From Catajapyx aquilonaris (lineage: Eukaryota), in the NCBI GenBank assembly GCA_000934665.2, contig KZ538247.1, positions 62,001-100,091 on the forward strand: a DNA stretch of 38,091 nucleotides. Reading direction: 5' to 3'. Numbering within the stretch: position 1 is the first letter of the stretch; each line of letters opens with the position of its first letter. The notes below the pieces were generated by a model, which did no database searches, was not told the DNA's origin, and saw nothing but the letters and a program-made list of their open reading frames with translations. Shown here in pieces: positions 24,901 to 34,418 of this stretch. The position numbers and the translations under genes were made by a program.

Positions 24901-27900
24901 CATGGTGGCAAAGAGCACTTGTTACTATTGATTCTTTCTTCTTAGGAATCCTGCAAAAGGGTGATGGAGCTACACTGCACTACAAGCTGTTCCCACGAGT
25001 AGCAAGTGTTGCACTGGGCACAGGGCAGCAAAGGCCCCTCATCTGCGATTCGTGTGATGGCCCAGGGGCAGAAGCACGACTTCTTACACCTATTGCCTTG
25101 GCAGCCGGACCTGATGGTTCTCTCTATGTTGGAGACTTCAATCTTGTGCGAAGACTGACTCCTGAAGGCACTGTGTACACCGTCCTGCAACTGAGGTATA
25201 TCTTTCTTTTGACACCCGCATTACTTAGTGAGTCTCACTTACATCTCTGGCCTTTCAGCGCAACGCAAGTGTCATACCAATATCACCTGTCCGTGTCACC
25301 TGCCGATGGACACCTTTACATATCCGATCCCGAGAGGCACCAGGTCTTACGAGCTCTATCCCTCGAATCAGTGCACGATCCAACCCTAAATTTCGAGGCC
25401 GCCGTCGGGTCAGGAGAACGATGCATACCAGGAGACGAGTCACGTTGCGGCGACGGAGGACCAGCCCGAGATGCCAAACTGGCCCATCCAAAAGGGTTGG
25501 CCATAGCAGCAGACAAGAGCATGTACATTGCAGACGGCACTAGTATCCGCGCTGTCGATCCCCAGGTATGTTCGTCTATATTTTTCACTTCATAATATTG
25601 GATGCTACGAACAGCACATTATGGCTATGTTCCTTTCCAGGGAATTATCCACACGTTGGTGGGCCACCATGGTCACCGTACGCACTGGCGACCCCTTCCA
25701 TGCTCCGGAGCCATACCGGCTTACTCAGCACAGTTGCAATGGCCGACGGTGATTGGTCTCAGCCCTCTGGACGGATCCTTGCATGTGCTGGATGACCACT
25801 TGGTCTTACAGCTGACTGCCGATCTGAAGCTGCGTGTAGTGGCCGGTACTCCTTTGCATTGTCGCCAACCAGAGTCCAGCAGTGGACCGGACGCACAGCA
25901 TCCTCCAACCAGCGATGCAGCCCGACACGCAGATGACGATGACCTTCCACCTGAGCACGCCCATCCATTAGGCTCACTTCTAGGGTTCGCCTTTGCACCA
26001 TCAGGAGATTTATACCTGGCTGAAAGCGATGCAAGGAAAGTGAACAGGGTACTTCGAAGGACTCCCTCTGGACGACTGGAGGAAGTTGCTGGTGCCAGGC
26101 CACACTGCGACTGCTCCAATGGTACCTGCTCTTGTGCCAGGGCCCCATCTAGACTTGCCACGCAGGCCCAGTTTTTCTCCCTGGCAGCAGTGGCAGTGGC
26201 ACCTGATGGGGTCACGTACGTGGCAGATCAAGGTCGCCTGCAAGTCCTGGCTCTGAGACACTTCCTACCAGAGGCGGACGAAAATGGAGACTACCGGATC
26301 CCATTCCCTTGGACATCGGAGGTGTACATATTCAACCGGTACGGCCAACATGTGTCTACTCGAGATCTAGCGTCCAAAAAGCAGCTGTACTCCTTCTTGT
26401 ACTCTAAAAACACGAGTTTCGGACGCCTGTCCAAAGTGACGGACGCGGCTGGAAACAAAGTGCTGTTCCTTCGAGACTATGCCAATGTTGTGTCCACGAT
26501 TGAGAATCCGCAAGGACAGAAAGTGAGTCTGAGGTTGTCTGGAGTTGGTGCCCTCGTACAATTCCAGTGGGCAGAAGGTTCTGAAGTGACGCTGGAATAT
26601 GACGCAGCCACTGGACTACTGACATCGCGTTCGGATGCCAGAGGAGAGACATTTTTGTACCGGTACGATTCTCTCGGAAGGCTCTCGGAAGTGACCCTGC
26701 CCACTGGAGAAATGTTGAAACTGGCCTTCCATTTGCTTCCGAGGGGTGACATTCGAGTCACAGCCTCCAGAAATCATGACACTCCCTTGGTGTTTGACAT
26801 GCACAGCTCTGGATTCCGTCTACGTCTGCGTCACGGTAAGAAAGCTGTTTTGACTTTGAATGAACTTTGTGGGAACAAATTAATATAATTTTTTGTGGAT
26901 ATAGGATAGTGACGAAAGTGTTATAGTTACATGAGTGATTTTAAAAATAATTACCAGGCGAAAATTATGGAGGCCCCATGGAGCGATATTAATAAATAAA
27001 CATGCAGCAATTACATTACCGTCCACTGCAGAATCTATTAGCATTGCAATATTCACACAGCACTGTAGTGTTTTTCAATTTGCACCATAACAAAGAGGAA
27101 GTGCTGTCATAATTAATCGCTACCCATTAATTAATTTGCCTTCAATGACATATTAGGGTAGAGGCACGGGGAATGAAATTATAATATATTTCCAGGTTGT
27201 TCATGAAATGTTTGTGTGTTGCCTACACGTAAGGATGAAAGTAACACATGTGATTTTCACATACTTAGGAGTTGCTGAGGGCATCGCTGAGCAGCATCCA
27301 AATGGCACCTGGTGGTGGCAGTGGCCTTGGGGTGCTGCCATCAGCATCTCCTCCACACGTTCGCGAGCACTACTCTCACAGTCACATCCCTTGGAGGCAG
27401 AAATGGCACCACTTCCATCTCTCCAACGCCTGGACAAAGGTCAACTTCGAAGCGAATCAGAATGGAGGTTGTCATATGCCCCTGAGGTCCGCCCTGGGCA
27501 GCAGATCCTACAGAGAGAGCTATGGGTACGTACTCTTTTTAAACTACACCAGCAGATTCTAATGTTTCAATATTGACAGGTAAATGGCTCCAGAGTATTG
27601 TTGGTGCAACTGGATGAGTCGTCTCTTCGGGAGACTGTTTTAGACAGGGAGGGATCACCATTGTTGGCTGCTCATTTCGACGAAGCTGGCTTGCCTACAC
27701 AGTGGGCTCCTGCATCGTCAGCCCATCCACTCAATTTGACATACGATAGGTTCAATCGCCTGGAAGGCTGGCGATGGGGTACCAGAGGAGAACGGTACTC
27801 CTACGAGCGCCATGGTATGCTCTCAGAGATTTCATACGGAGATGGAGGTGTCCAACATGTCACTTACAACGATTGGAATCTGGTCAGTATTTTCAGTTGT

Positions 27901-30900
27901 TAGTGTGAATTTTCATGACTAACTTTGATTGAAACTTGCAGCCTACCACCATTACTCTACCATCCGGCCGTCAATTTTCATTTCACTACGACAACTGGGG
28001 AGGTCTTCGCCACGTTGGTCTTCCTGGTGGAGGCCGCCATGTGTTTGCACGTCAACTGTCGCTAGGTTTTCACAAGCTTTTGTACACCCCACCTGGTGCC
28101 AGCAAGCCATACGTGCGACACTACTCCTGGGACGGCCGACATTTGCTTACCGCCTTCCCTGGAGACTCAGGACGGATACTGTACCGGTACGACGACGGTG
28201 GACGGCTCTCTCAGGTGCTTCATGGCGATGGACGCACTGACTACACCTATGGCACTGCTGGAGTCCCCTCCCAAGTGAGTTGAAAGATCAAATAAATAAA
28301 CATCATTATCTGACATCATGTTCCTCGTAGGTTATTCATTCTGAGAAAGAGTTGGAGTACAAATGGGACCTGCAGTGGACTGGTGGATTGCTGATGGAAG
28401 AGAGGATCGAGTTTGGTGCCAGGACCGGTTTGAGCAATGCCAAGTTCAGCTACGAATACGACGCCAATTTCCGTACTCTGGGTGTCAGTGGAAGGGTCGG
28501 GGGTCAAGCTCTTCCCGACTGCACATTAGCATATCATGCACGCTCAGGAGCAATGGACCAAATAGGGCCTTTCCGCCTGGCTCGAAACCGACACAACGAG
28601 ACTTCCGTTTTTGACGGAACTGCCATTTTCTCCAGACTTCAAAACCTCTATTTTCAGGTTCAGTCTATACCTTTGACAATTATTACTATTCATGTACAGT
28701 AATTTACTATTCACTAGTTATTGTCTATTTTCTATGTTTATTTATTAATTACCTTGGAGCTACAACGCTTGTATAGGAATTGTCGTGGTCCTTTTGTTTG
28801 TTGCACTGTACAATGCTGACTGACCGGAAACACTGACGGAAGTCAAATATTTACGCCGCTCACAAACGTCAGCATTGTGCACTGCGTAAAAATGTTACGT
28901 TCGTATGGATTTGCTGGTCAGGTATCGGTATGATCAATCTAAATGGTATGTTTTTATCTCACTCCCAGGAGAGTCAAGTGTCTGTGACAATCCATGGGAT
29001 GGAAGTGTTTCGCGCAGAGTTTCACTACGATGGACAACGACGTCTGAGCCAGACACGGACCTACACTCGAAACGTGGGTGTCAACATGTATGTCAGCGTC
29101 AAGAACTTTTCGTACGACCTGGATGGACAGCTGGTGCACGTAGAGGCACAAGAACCGTGGGCTTTCCAGTACGACGAGCGCGGAAACCTGCTGACCCTGT
29201 CGTACCGTGGAAATTCGATCCCCATGCAGTACGACGGACGAGATCGTGTACTTAAGTTTGGAGAGGGCGCATATTCCCACGATTCCAGGGGTCAAGTGAT
29301 ACAGAATGCACGAGAGGAACGGTTCCAGTATGGTGTTCGAGGTCTGCTGATACGAGCTTCTAAAAGAGGACGGTTTGATGTCCGATACTCGTACGACCAC
29401 CTGGGCAGATTAGCTGCTAGAAAAGACAACTACGGGAACGTCACGCAGTTCTTCTACACGCAGTCAGATGCACCACATCGTGTGACGCATGTGTACAGCC
29501 CAAGAGATGGAAAGCTGATGTCGTTGATTTATGACGACAGAGGTCATCTTATATTTGCCCAGGTATGGTACGCAAATACCGAGGAAACCGAGCCACTTGA
29601 GTAACATTGTGTTGTCGATTTCAGGTGTATCGTCACAAGTATTACATAGCGACGGATCAGTGCGGAACTCCAGTGATGATATTCAACCAGTACGGCGAGG
29701 TCGTGCGTGAGATCATGCGCAGTCCATTTGGACATATTGTGTATGACTCCAACCCGTACCTGTACCTACCTGTGGACTTCTGTGGTGGTCTTTTAGACCA
29801 AGTCACATCACTCGTGCACCTGGGTTTCGGCCGTGTCTACGATCCTCTCATAGGTCAGTGGATGACCCCTGAATGGGAGGACGTGCTGACTCGAGTCACC
29901 GAACCCAGACGACTACAACTGTACCGCTTCAACGGCAATGACCCCATCAATGTGGGTGACCTCTCACCACCACTCAAAGGCAAGGACATTCTTTCCTTGT
30001 CGAGAATTGTCCAGTTGTTAGTTCCATCTGAACAGCTACATTATAGCTATGAAATTATTGGTTACTAATATTAGTTTCTCTCTCTGTTTAGGACATGAAG
30101 ACTGGTTACAACGGCTGAGTGTACGTCTGCAAAGCATGGCGCCTCAAATGAAGGAAGGAGTGGCCCCATGGCTGCCCTGGAACTTGCCTTCCTCCAGAAT
30201 AGCCTCTCCAAAAGAGGTTCCTGGCAGCCAGTGGGAAAGAGGAGCTCCTTTTGGCATCGCCTCTGGAACTCTGGCTCGCTTATCTCAGGCCCAAGAAGGC
30301 TCATCTCATGTGGCTTCCATCCCCGGTTCGGCCTTGACCACGCCTCTTGACCCCATATCTCTCTCCCCACTGCCTGTGACCTCTCTGGAGCCACCTCTGG
30401 GCCGCGGAATCCTGGTGTCCCGATGGGGTGGCCGGGCCCTGTTGCGGTACGGGCCATCAGCAGACGCAATCTTCCGAGACGTGTTCACCGCTGTCCTCAA
30501 CGATTCTCTCCTTCTGGACGTGGCTCTGGCGTCTCACGCACATGCTTCTCAGGATGCCTTCTTCTTCGTCAAGGAGGACGCTTGGAGAGCTCAGGAAGAC
30601 CATGCACAGTTGCGCCGACTGGCTGGCCAACTGAATGTGTCTCTACACCAGCGAGAGTCTGAAACAGGTATGTTCAATGGGCTCGTGCGACTGATCTTTA
30701 CTACACGACGAAGTGGCGATAGTTGCGCCTCCAGCCCGACTATCGTTACTTCGTCGTGCCGGTGCATGGTACATGGTAATAATAAGAGGACAGAGCGCAT
30801 CACCAACGTAACCCAGAGTTGACCGTGTCTCCTTCAGGTGGAGGCCCATCTGAAGGCGGCGTCGACCTGCGTCTGCACGGTCCGCACGCAACCCTGCACG

Positions 30901-31442
30901 TCCGGTACGGGTCAAGCGCGGCGAAGGAGCGTCAGCGGTTACTGCACCACGCTCGAGCCGCGGGCAAACATAGGGCGTGGGCACGGGAGCGAGAGCTGCT
31001 CCGAGAAGGGCTGGCAGGGGGCCGAGAGTGGGCTCCAGCCGAGGCCGAGGAGATAGTGAAGGTCGGGTACGCATCGGCATACGACAGCGTACCTGCGCAC
31101 GACCCGGACCGCTACCCGGAGCTGGCGGACGACCCGCTGTGCGTGCGATTCATCAAGCGGCTGGACGCGGGTATGGGCACGGCTGCCACCGCGGTTCCGG
31201 CCGCGTCTTCCGGTGTGGTATCGGTGGCTGCTGCGGCACCGCCACCGCCGCCTCCGCCCGTGGCAGCGGCCGTGTCTTCCTCCGCAGCCACCGCATCTTC
31301 CGCCCACGCACCGCATCCGCACCGGACGCGGCGCAGAGCACCGCCACCGCAACCGCTTCGCAGGAACAAGCGGATGGCAACCGCCCCTACCAGAACTTGT
31401 CGGCCGCAGTGGTGGCTCCCGTGGCGCATCGACGATTGCTAG
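9669..31442 (+). CDS. Ten-a: Teneurin (Ten-a-like) multi-exon gene, 5'-partial; 25 coding exons in window, about 2740 aa
   Basis: Joined exons give the full teneurin architecture: CSWKC + TM helix, 8 EGF repeats (repeats 2 and 5 have Tyr in place of the third Cys), [51 protein letters not shown] repeats, YD repeats, RHS core end ([10 protein letters not shown]...[10 protein letters not shown]) and YPELADDP. All introns are phase-compatible. Ten-a rather than Ten-m is from recalled motifs ([24 protein letters not shown], YAHx[16 protein letters not shown]), not from a database search. Confidence 0.95.
10724..10987. repeat. 168-bp-period duplication containing a 24-bp minisatellite (TTATCGATATTCTTGGGTGTAGCC)
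   Basis: tgatc(c/a)tgatcgtaatactgcccgacacacaccgaagaagacaacaaat starts at 10724 and 10892; about four 24-bp units follow the first copy. Confidence 0.9.
12280..12375. mobile_element. Small hairpin/MITE relic, copy 1
   Basis: aattttcgttccactgctagtt ... aactagtcgtgcgacgaaaatt imperfect inverted termini. Confidence 0.5.
13446..13571. mobile_element. Small hairpin/MITE relic, copy 2 (same TIR family as 12280-12375)
   Basis: gaattttagtcccactgctagttac ... gtaacaagcagcgggacgaaaattc inverted termini. Confidence 0.55.
14249..14434 (+). CDS. Ten-a: Teneurin exon 2: juxtamembrane linker (alternative start 14246 via TAGCAG)
   Basis: Encodes [23 protein letters not shown]...HSDH, continuing the TM helix; phase 1/1; donor gtcagt. 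Confidence 0.85.
14834..14869. other. Assembly gap (N run) between poly-G tracts
   Basis: 36 N characters; a further single N at 13078, also within poly-G. Confidence 0.99.
15075..15670. repeat. AT-rich minisatellite, 28-bp core unit AACTAAAATATATAACTAAACATGAAAC with degenerate flanks
   Basis: About ten near-perfect units at ~15320-15610. Confidence 0.92.
15675..15848. mobile_element. pogo/Tigger-like MITE
   Basis: Perfect 15-bp TIR CAGTTGAATCCGGAT / ATCCGGATTCAACTG followed by TA on the right; internal repeats gtctgttatagccga. Confidence 0.75.
15904..16392. mobile_element. Tc1/mariner-type MITE with long TIRs and TA flanks
   Basis: gtgttccaaat...gatagtagttatttt at left mirrors aaaataactactatc...atttggaacac at right; inner caaggtccactt / aagtggaccttg. 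A related terminus tacagggtgttccagattcgtgggtc lies at ~7964. Confidence 0.75.
17395..17720. repeat. Degenerate AT-rich tandem repeat (ttattttcatgtag-like)
   Basis: Recurrent ttttcatgtag / ttatttgaaatggttattattcatgtag units. Confidence 0.65.
18317..18709 (+). CDS. Ten-a: Teneurin exon 3: pre-EGF extracellular domain, part 1
   Basis: Encodes [60 protein letters not shown]; acceptor ggacag (weak; tcag at 18322-18325 is also in frame); donor G|gtaagt. Confidence 0.85.
18761..19075 (+). CDS. Ten-a: Teneurin exon 4: pre-EGF domain part 2 and EGF1
   Basis: ctgcag acceptor; [22 protein letters not shown]...[29 protein letters not shown]; donor A|gtaag. Confidence 0.9.
19137..19331 (+). CDS. Ten-a: Teneurin exon 5: EGF2-3
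   Basis: ttccag acceptor; [19 protein letters not shown] (5-Cys EGF2), [12 protein letters not shown]; 195 nt, phase 1/1. Confidence 0.95.
19405..19614 (+). CDS. Ten-a: Teneurin exon 6: EGF4-5
   Basis: ttgcag acceptor; [32 protein letters not shown] (5-Cys EGF5); donor gtaagt. Confidence 0.95.
19670..19855 (+). CDS. Ten-a: Teneurin exon 7: EGF6-7
   Basis: ttacag acceptor; [12 protein letters not shown]...[29 protein letters not shown]; donor gtaaaa. Confidence 0.95.
19914..20066 (+). CDS. Ten-a: Teneurin exon 8: EGF8 and start of Cys-rich region
   Basis: Hand translation (not in the ORF track): [50 protein letters not shown]; ctacag acceptor, gtaaga donor. Confidence 0.93.
20240..20447 (+). 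CDS. Ten-a: Teneurin exon 9: Cys-rich region
   Basis: [17 protein letters not shown]...[26 protein letters not shown]; donor AG|gtgagg (phase 2). Confidence 0.95.
21837..21863 (+). CDS. Ten-a: Teneurin exon 10: 27-nt cassette microexon ([10 protein letters not shown])
   Basis: Long pyrimidine tract + ctgtag acceptor, CG|gtaagt donor; 27 nt, phase 2/2, so frame is kept whether included or skipped; resembles the xFWNxF insert recalled at this position in insect teneurins. Confidence 0.8.
23569..23688 (+). CDS. Ten-a: Teneurin exon 11: TTR/Ig-like start
   Basis: Hand translation [40 protein letters not shown]; gtacag acceptor, gtaagt donor; 120 nt. Confidence 0.95.
23851..24331 (+). CDS. Ten-a: Teneurin exon 12 (contains a Pro/Ser-rich insertion)
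   Basis: [36 protein letters not shown]...[11 protein letters not shown]...FSETQ; atgcag acceptor, gtgggc donor. Confidence 0.93.
24390..24656 (+). CDS. Ten-a: Teneurin exon 13: FN plug
   Basis: [20 protein letters not shown]...[29 protein letters not shown]; ttgcag acceptor, gtatgt donor. Confidence 0.95.
24742..24883 (+). CDS. Ten-a: Teneurin exon 14
   Basis: [18 protein letters not shown]...[15 protein letters not shown]; tttcag acceptor, gtaggg donor. Confidence 0.95.
24946..25195 (+). CDS. Ten-a: Teneurin exon 15: NHL propeller start
   Basis: GILQKGDG...[32 protein letters not shown]; cttag acceptor, AG|gtatat donor. Confidence 0.93.
25259..25565 (+). CDS. Ten-a: Teneurin exon 16: NHL repeats
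   Basis: [26 protein letters not shown]...[15 protein letters not shown]...; tttcag acceptor, gtatgt donor. Confidence 0.93.
25641..26835 (+). CDS. Ten-a: Teneurin exon 17: NHL end and YD start
   Basis: LQWPT...[15 protein letters not shown]...[18 protein letters not shown]; ttccag acceptor, gtaaga donor. Confidence 0.95.
27269..27525 (+). CDS. Ten-a: Teneurin exon 18: YD shell
   Basis: acttag acceptor, gtacgt donor; phases match neighbours; ends ILQRELW, joining VNG in the next exon. Confidence 0.88.
27580..27882 (+). CDS. Ten-a: Teneurin exon 19: YD repeats
   Basis: VNGSRVL...[17 protein letters not shown]...; tgacag acceptor, gtcagt donor. Confidence 0.93.
27942..28274 (+). CDS. Ten-a: Teneurin exon 20: YD repeats
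   Basis: [17 protein letters not shown]...[17 protein letters not shown]; ttgcag acceptor, gtgagt donor. Confidence 0.93.
28331..28657 (+). CDS. Ten-a: Teneurin exon 21: YD repeats
   Basis: [13 protein letters not shown]...[15 protein letters not shown]...; tcgtag acceptor, gttcag donor. Confidence 0.92.
28803..28885. repeat. Short inverted-repeat element in intron
   Basis: gcactgtacaatgctgac ... gtcagcattgtgcactgc. Confidence 0.5.
28969..29562 (+). CDS. Ten-a: Teneurin exon 22: YD repeats
   Basis: [35 protein letters not shown]; tcccag acceptor, gtatgg donor. Confidence 0.95.
29625..29979 (+). CDS. Ten-a: Teneurin exon 23: RHS-core end (probable GC donor)
   Basis: [11 protein letters not shown]...RSPFG...[13 protein letters not shown]...[10 protein letters not shown]; 3' end inferred at AAG|gcaagg (alternative GT donor at 29956). 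Confidence 0.85.
30092..30667 (+). CDS. Ten-a: Teneurin exon 24: internal linker/ABD region
   Basis: gtttag acceptor; [11 protein letters not shown]...[13 protein letters not shown]...[10 protein letters not shown]; donor gtatgt. Confidence 0.92.
30838..31442 (+). CDS. Ten-a: Teneurin terminal exon 25: Tox-GHH/TCAP-like domain plus C-terminal extension
   Basis: cttcag acceptor; [18 protein letters not shown]...AWARERE...W...[11 protein letters not shown] at 31440-31442. Confidence 0.93.
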
Positions 31443-32485
31443 ATTCTCTTTTAAATCCACACACATACACACACACCCTGCTTCCATAACCACTGGTACA
31501 TTCCTTTTTGCCACTGGGCAGGACATTGATGCCGGCTATTCGTCCCTTCTGTTTTCACTCGGCCAAAACCTAACCGGCGGATTCACTGCCACCACTAGTG
31601 GTCCTCTGTGCAGCGCATCCTCCGACATAACCCTTCTGGTTTCAATTGGCTGCTGCCTGGGACACAACTCCCCAAGTCCTTCCATCCCCCACGAGTTTGT
31701 ATAAAAATCCACCCCTCCCCCCCTCAAAAAAAAAGGTGAAGCATCACCAGACAATGCACTTTTTCATTCGTTGTTCGCGACGTTTCTACATGCTTTGACA
31801 TAGCAGACGTGTCATATAGGATCTAAGAGTAACTGAACGGTCAATGTTTCTTACATCAAACGGGACTCGTTTTTAATGCTTTACTACCATTAATTGCAAC
31901 ATCGCCAAACTTGTTGGAGGCCTCCTGGTTATTATATTTAAAAAGCCTGTTGCGCCTATATACCAAAAAAAAAATTGCATGTAAATTATAACGCACCGTT
32001 ATTATTGGGTAAAAAAATGGCGCTACGTATCGAAGTGACCTGCGAGCTGATTGGTTGTGCTGCCAAACCGCAATTTTATCCGCCGGCTGTCAATCTCCTT
32101 TGACGATGCCAAAGAGAATTGGGGGACATTTAACACAGGAAGTCAGGAAATAATTCCCCAAAAAATGTGAGTGCGTGTGTGGGTGCGTGAGTGTGTGTGG
32201 GCTTGACAGACAGCATGGAGCTGATGAGTAACCCCCCTCTTCCCCAGTCAACTTGATCTCTGTACATAGGCACACACACATAACATATAAAAAAAAAGAG
32301 AGAAAAATATTATGCCGTCGCTGTCGGTGTGGTATTTGTGCTTCGGGGGCCGCCTTTTGTTACATATATATATAATTATATATATTTTGTTTTTTCTTTA
32401 CTACTCTAGTTCATATTATGATTCCCACTCCTTATTGTGGAGCTCGGCCCGGAACTGCCTTCGCCTTGCCTTACAGAGGATGTAA

Positions 32486-33234
32486 AATAAAAAAAAGTGA
32501 CGTACTGTACCGCAAGTGACGTATCGTTACGCTGTTCCAAACGTCACCCCAGGCCCTTCCTTGTGCTGCTGTGCTGTGTCGCCAAAAAAAATATTATGTC
32601 GTCCGCTTGGTCGGTGTATGCTGGGCAGGGGGGTGGGACGGGTCATTTGTAAACGGGGAATGTGGCTTGTGCTGCCGTGTTTTTGTTTTTTTTTTTGAAA
32701 AAAAAAAGGAATGTTCTAAATATGTTTCCGGTGATAAGTGTTTGAGCGAGGACTTCTGCCGTCCCCCGAGTGTCTAGCTCGATCAAGATACAGTGATGAA
32801 GCTGCCCCGTGATAATAGGTGGATAAGTGAGTGTGTACTACGAGGGGGTGAAACTTACTTCCTCGGTGGTTTGGTCCAATCCGGCAGCGGTACCCCCTGC
32901 CTCGGCTGCTTCTTTTACCCCCACCAAAAAAAAAGTCTCCATCGCGTGGAAGAAACGCATGCATTTATTTCGGAGATGTGCGAGTGTTTTAACCCCCATG
33001 AAATTTCTTTCTTCTACCAGCTCTAGCAGCGTCTTTTCTTTTTCTATTGGAAGAACAAGATCGTAAATGAATAGTATTATGACTGTGCAGGAGGCAGCAG
33101 TTAGCAGCAGTGGAAGCAAAACTGCGATCCGGGCCACCCAAGTTATGTATCTTTGTGCTCCTCGTCGTTTTTGGGACGATCGTGGATTCTGTGCGTCTCA
33201 ACCCATCAAAGCTGTCGTTCTCTCAAGAAATAAA
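32486..33234 (+). promoter_or_regulatory. Candidate polyadenylation signals for the teneurin 3' UTR
   Basis: AATAAA at 32486-32491 and 33229-33234 downstream of the stop; no transcript evidence. Confidence 0.3.
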
Positions 33235-34070
33235 TTTTATAAGCTTGACTGTCCTCAGGATCATTCTTCTCAATTGTGGATTTACCCCTTTGAACTTCCT
33301 TCGACGTACCGGTATGTACAGCAGGACTAATAATCGTTATCCAGAGGTTCATTAAGTAAACTGAACTAAGAGACGCATATTAATTAACCTAGCTGAGCAG
33401 TCAAAAGTAAATGATTTGCCGTTTTGCACTGATCACCAGCTATATTTTGTGTTGCAAAAATAGGGAATTCAAACCGAAAAGGAAGAAGTGGGGCGGAGAG
33501 GGGGAGGAAAGGGGGAGGAAAGGGGAGGAAAGGGGGGGGAGGGGAGAATTTTTTGGGGGGAAATTTTAAGACCGCCTCCCTGAAGACCTGGCCAACCTCC
33601 CTCTGCACACCGTAATTATACTTGTAATTGACCTGGAATCTCAACAAGGAAGAATTTATTGAGGGATAATTAAGGTTCTTTATTGGCAAGCTTGTTATGT
33701 TTTTTCCGATCCACAGATATGAGCACAACACGCATTATATGAAAAAAGTTAATCTGCATAATAGCACATAGGCTACGTAGATGTAGATTCTGCTAGGTAT
33801 GACGGTGATGACGGGGATAATGGTGCTGCAGCCTGCAATATTCCTTCGAGCGTTCTTCTCTGGATATCTTACTCCTCCTCCTCCTCCTACTCCTCCTCCA
33901 GGCGGTTTATGTGAACAGGAGCTGTGCCCTGCATCTGAGGAAGAGAACAAATACGTAGTAAGTTGTGAAACTATTGGCCATCACTCACTTTATAGAGACA
34001 GAGACATTAAATAGGACGTATGAAATAGTACAGTACATTCTGTTATGATGAAGTAAAAAAGGCGTATTTA

Positions 34071-34418
34071 TATGGGGAGGGAAAAGGGAAAATATAAGAA
34101 AAAATATATTGACGGGTAAATCTATGGGGAGAGAAAATGGAAAATATTAGAACAAAAAATATTGATGGGTAAATCGTAAAAACTCTCTGGGATAACATTT
34201 TTTCATGGTATAAATTTAATGCGATGAAAAAATTCATGCGAAAAAAAATTATGCGAAAAAAATATAATTCGAATGAAATTTCTTTCGAATGAAATTTCAT
34301 TCGCATGAATTTTTCATCGCATTAAATTTATACCATGAAAAAATGTTATCCCAGAGAATTTCTACGATTTACCCATCAATATTTTTTGTTCTAATATTTT
34401 CCCTTTTCCCTCCCCATA
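34071..34418. repeat. Near-perfect long inverted repeat (foldback element)
   Basis: 34123-34242 is the reverse complement of ~34300-34418 with few mismatches; the left end carries an extra ~52-bp tandem unit. Confidence 0.85.

Noticed and set aside
25641..31160. Bacterial RHS/YD toxin or recent horizontal transfer
   Set aside because: YD/RHS and Tox-GHH similarity is the known ancient feature of all teneurins; here the region is split by spliceosomal introns and joined to EGF/TM exons.
18246..31526. Numerous antisense and alternative-frame ORFs over teneurin exons
   Set aside because: Shadow ORFs expected from GC-rich coding sequence.
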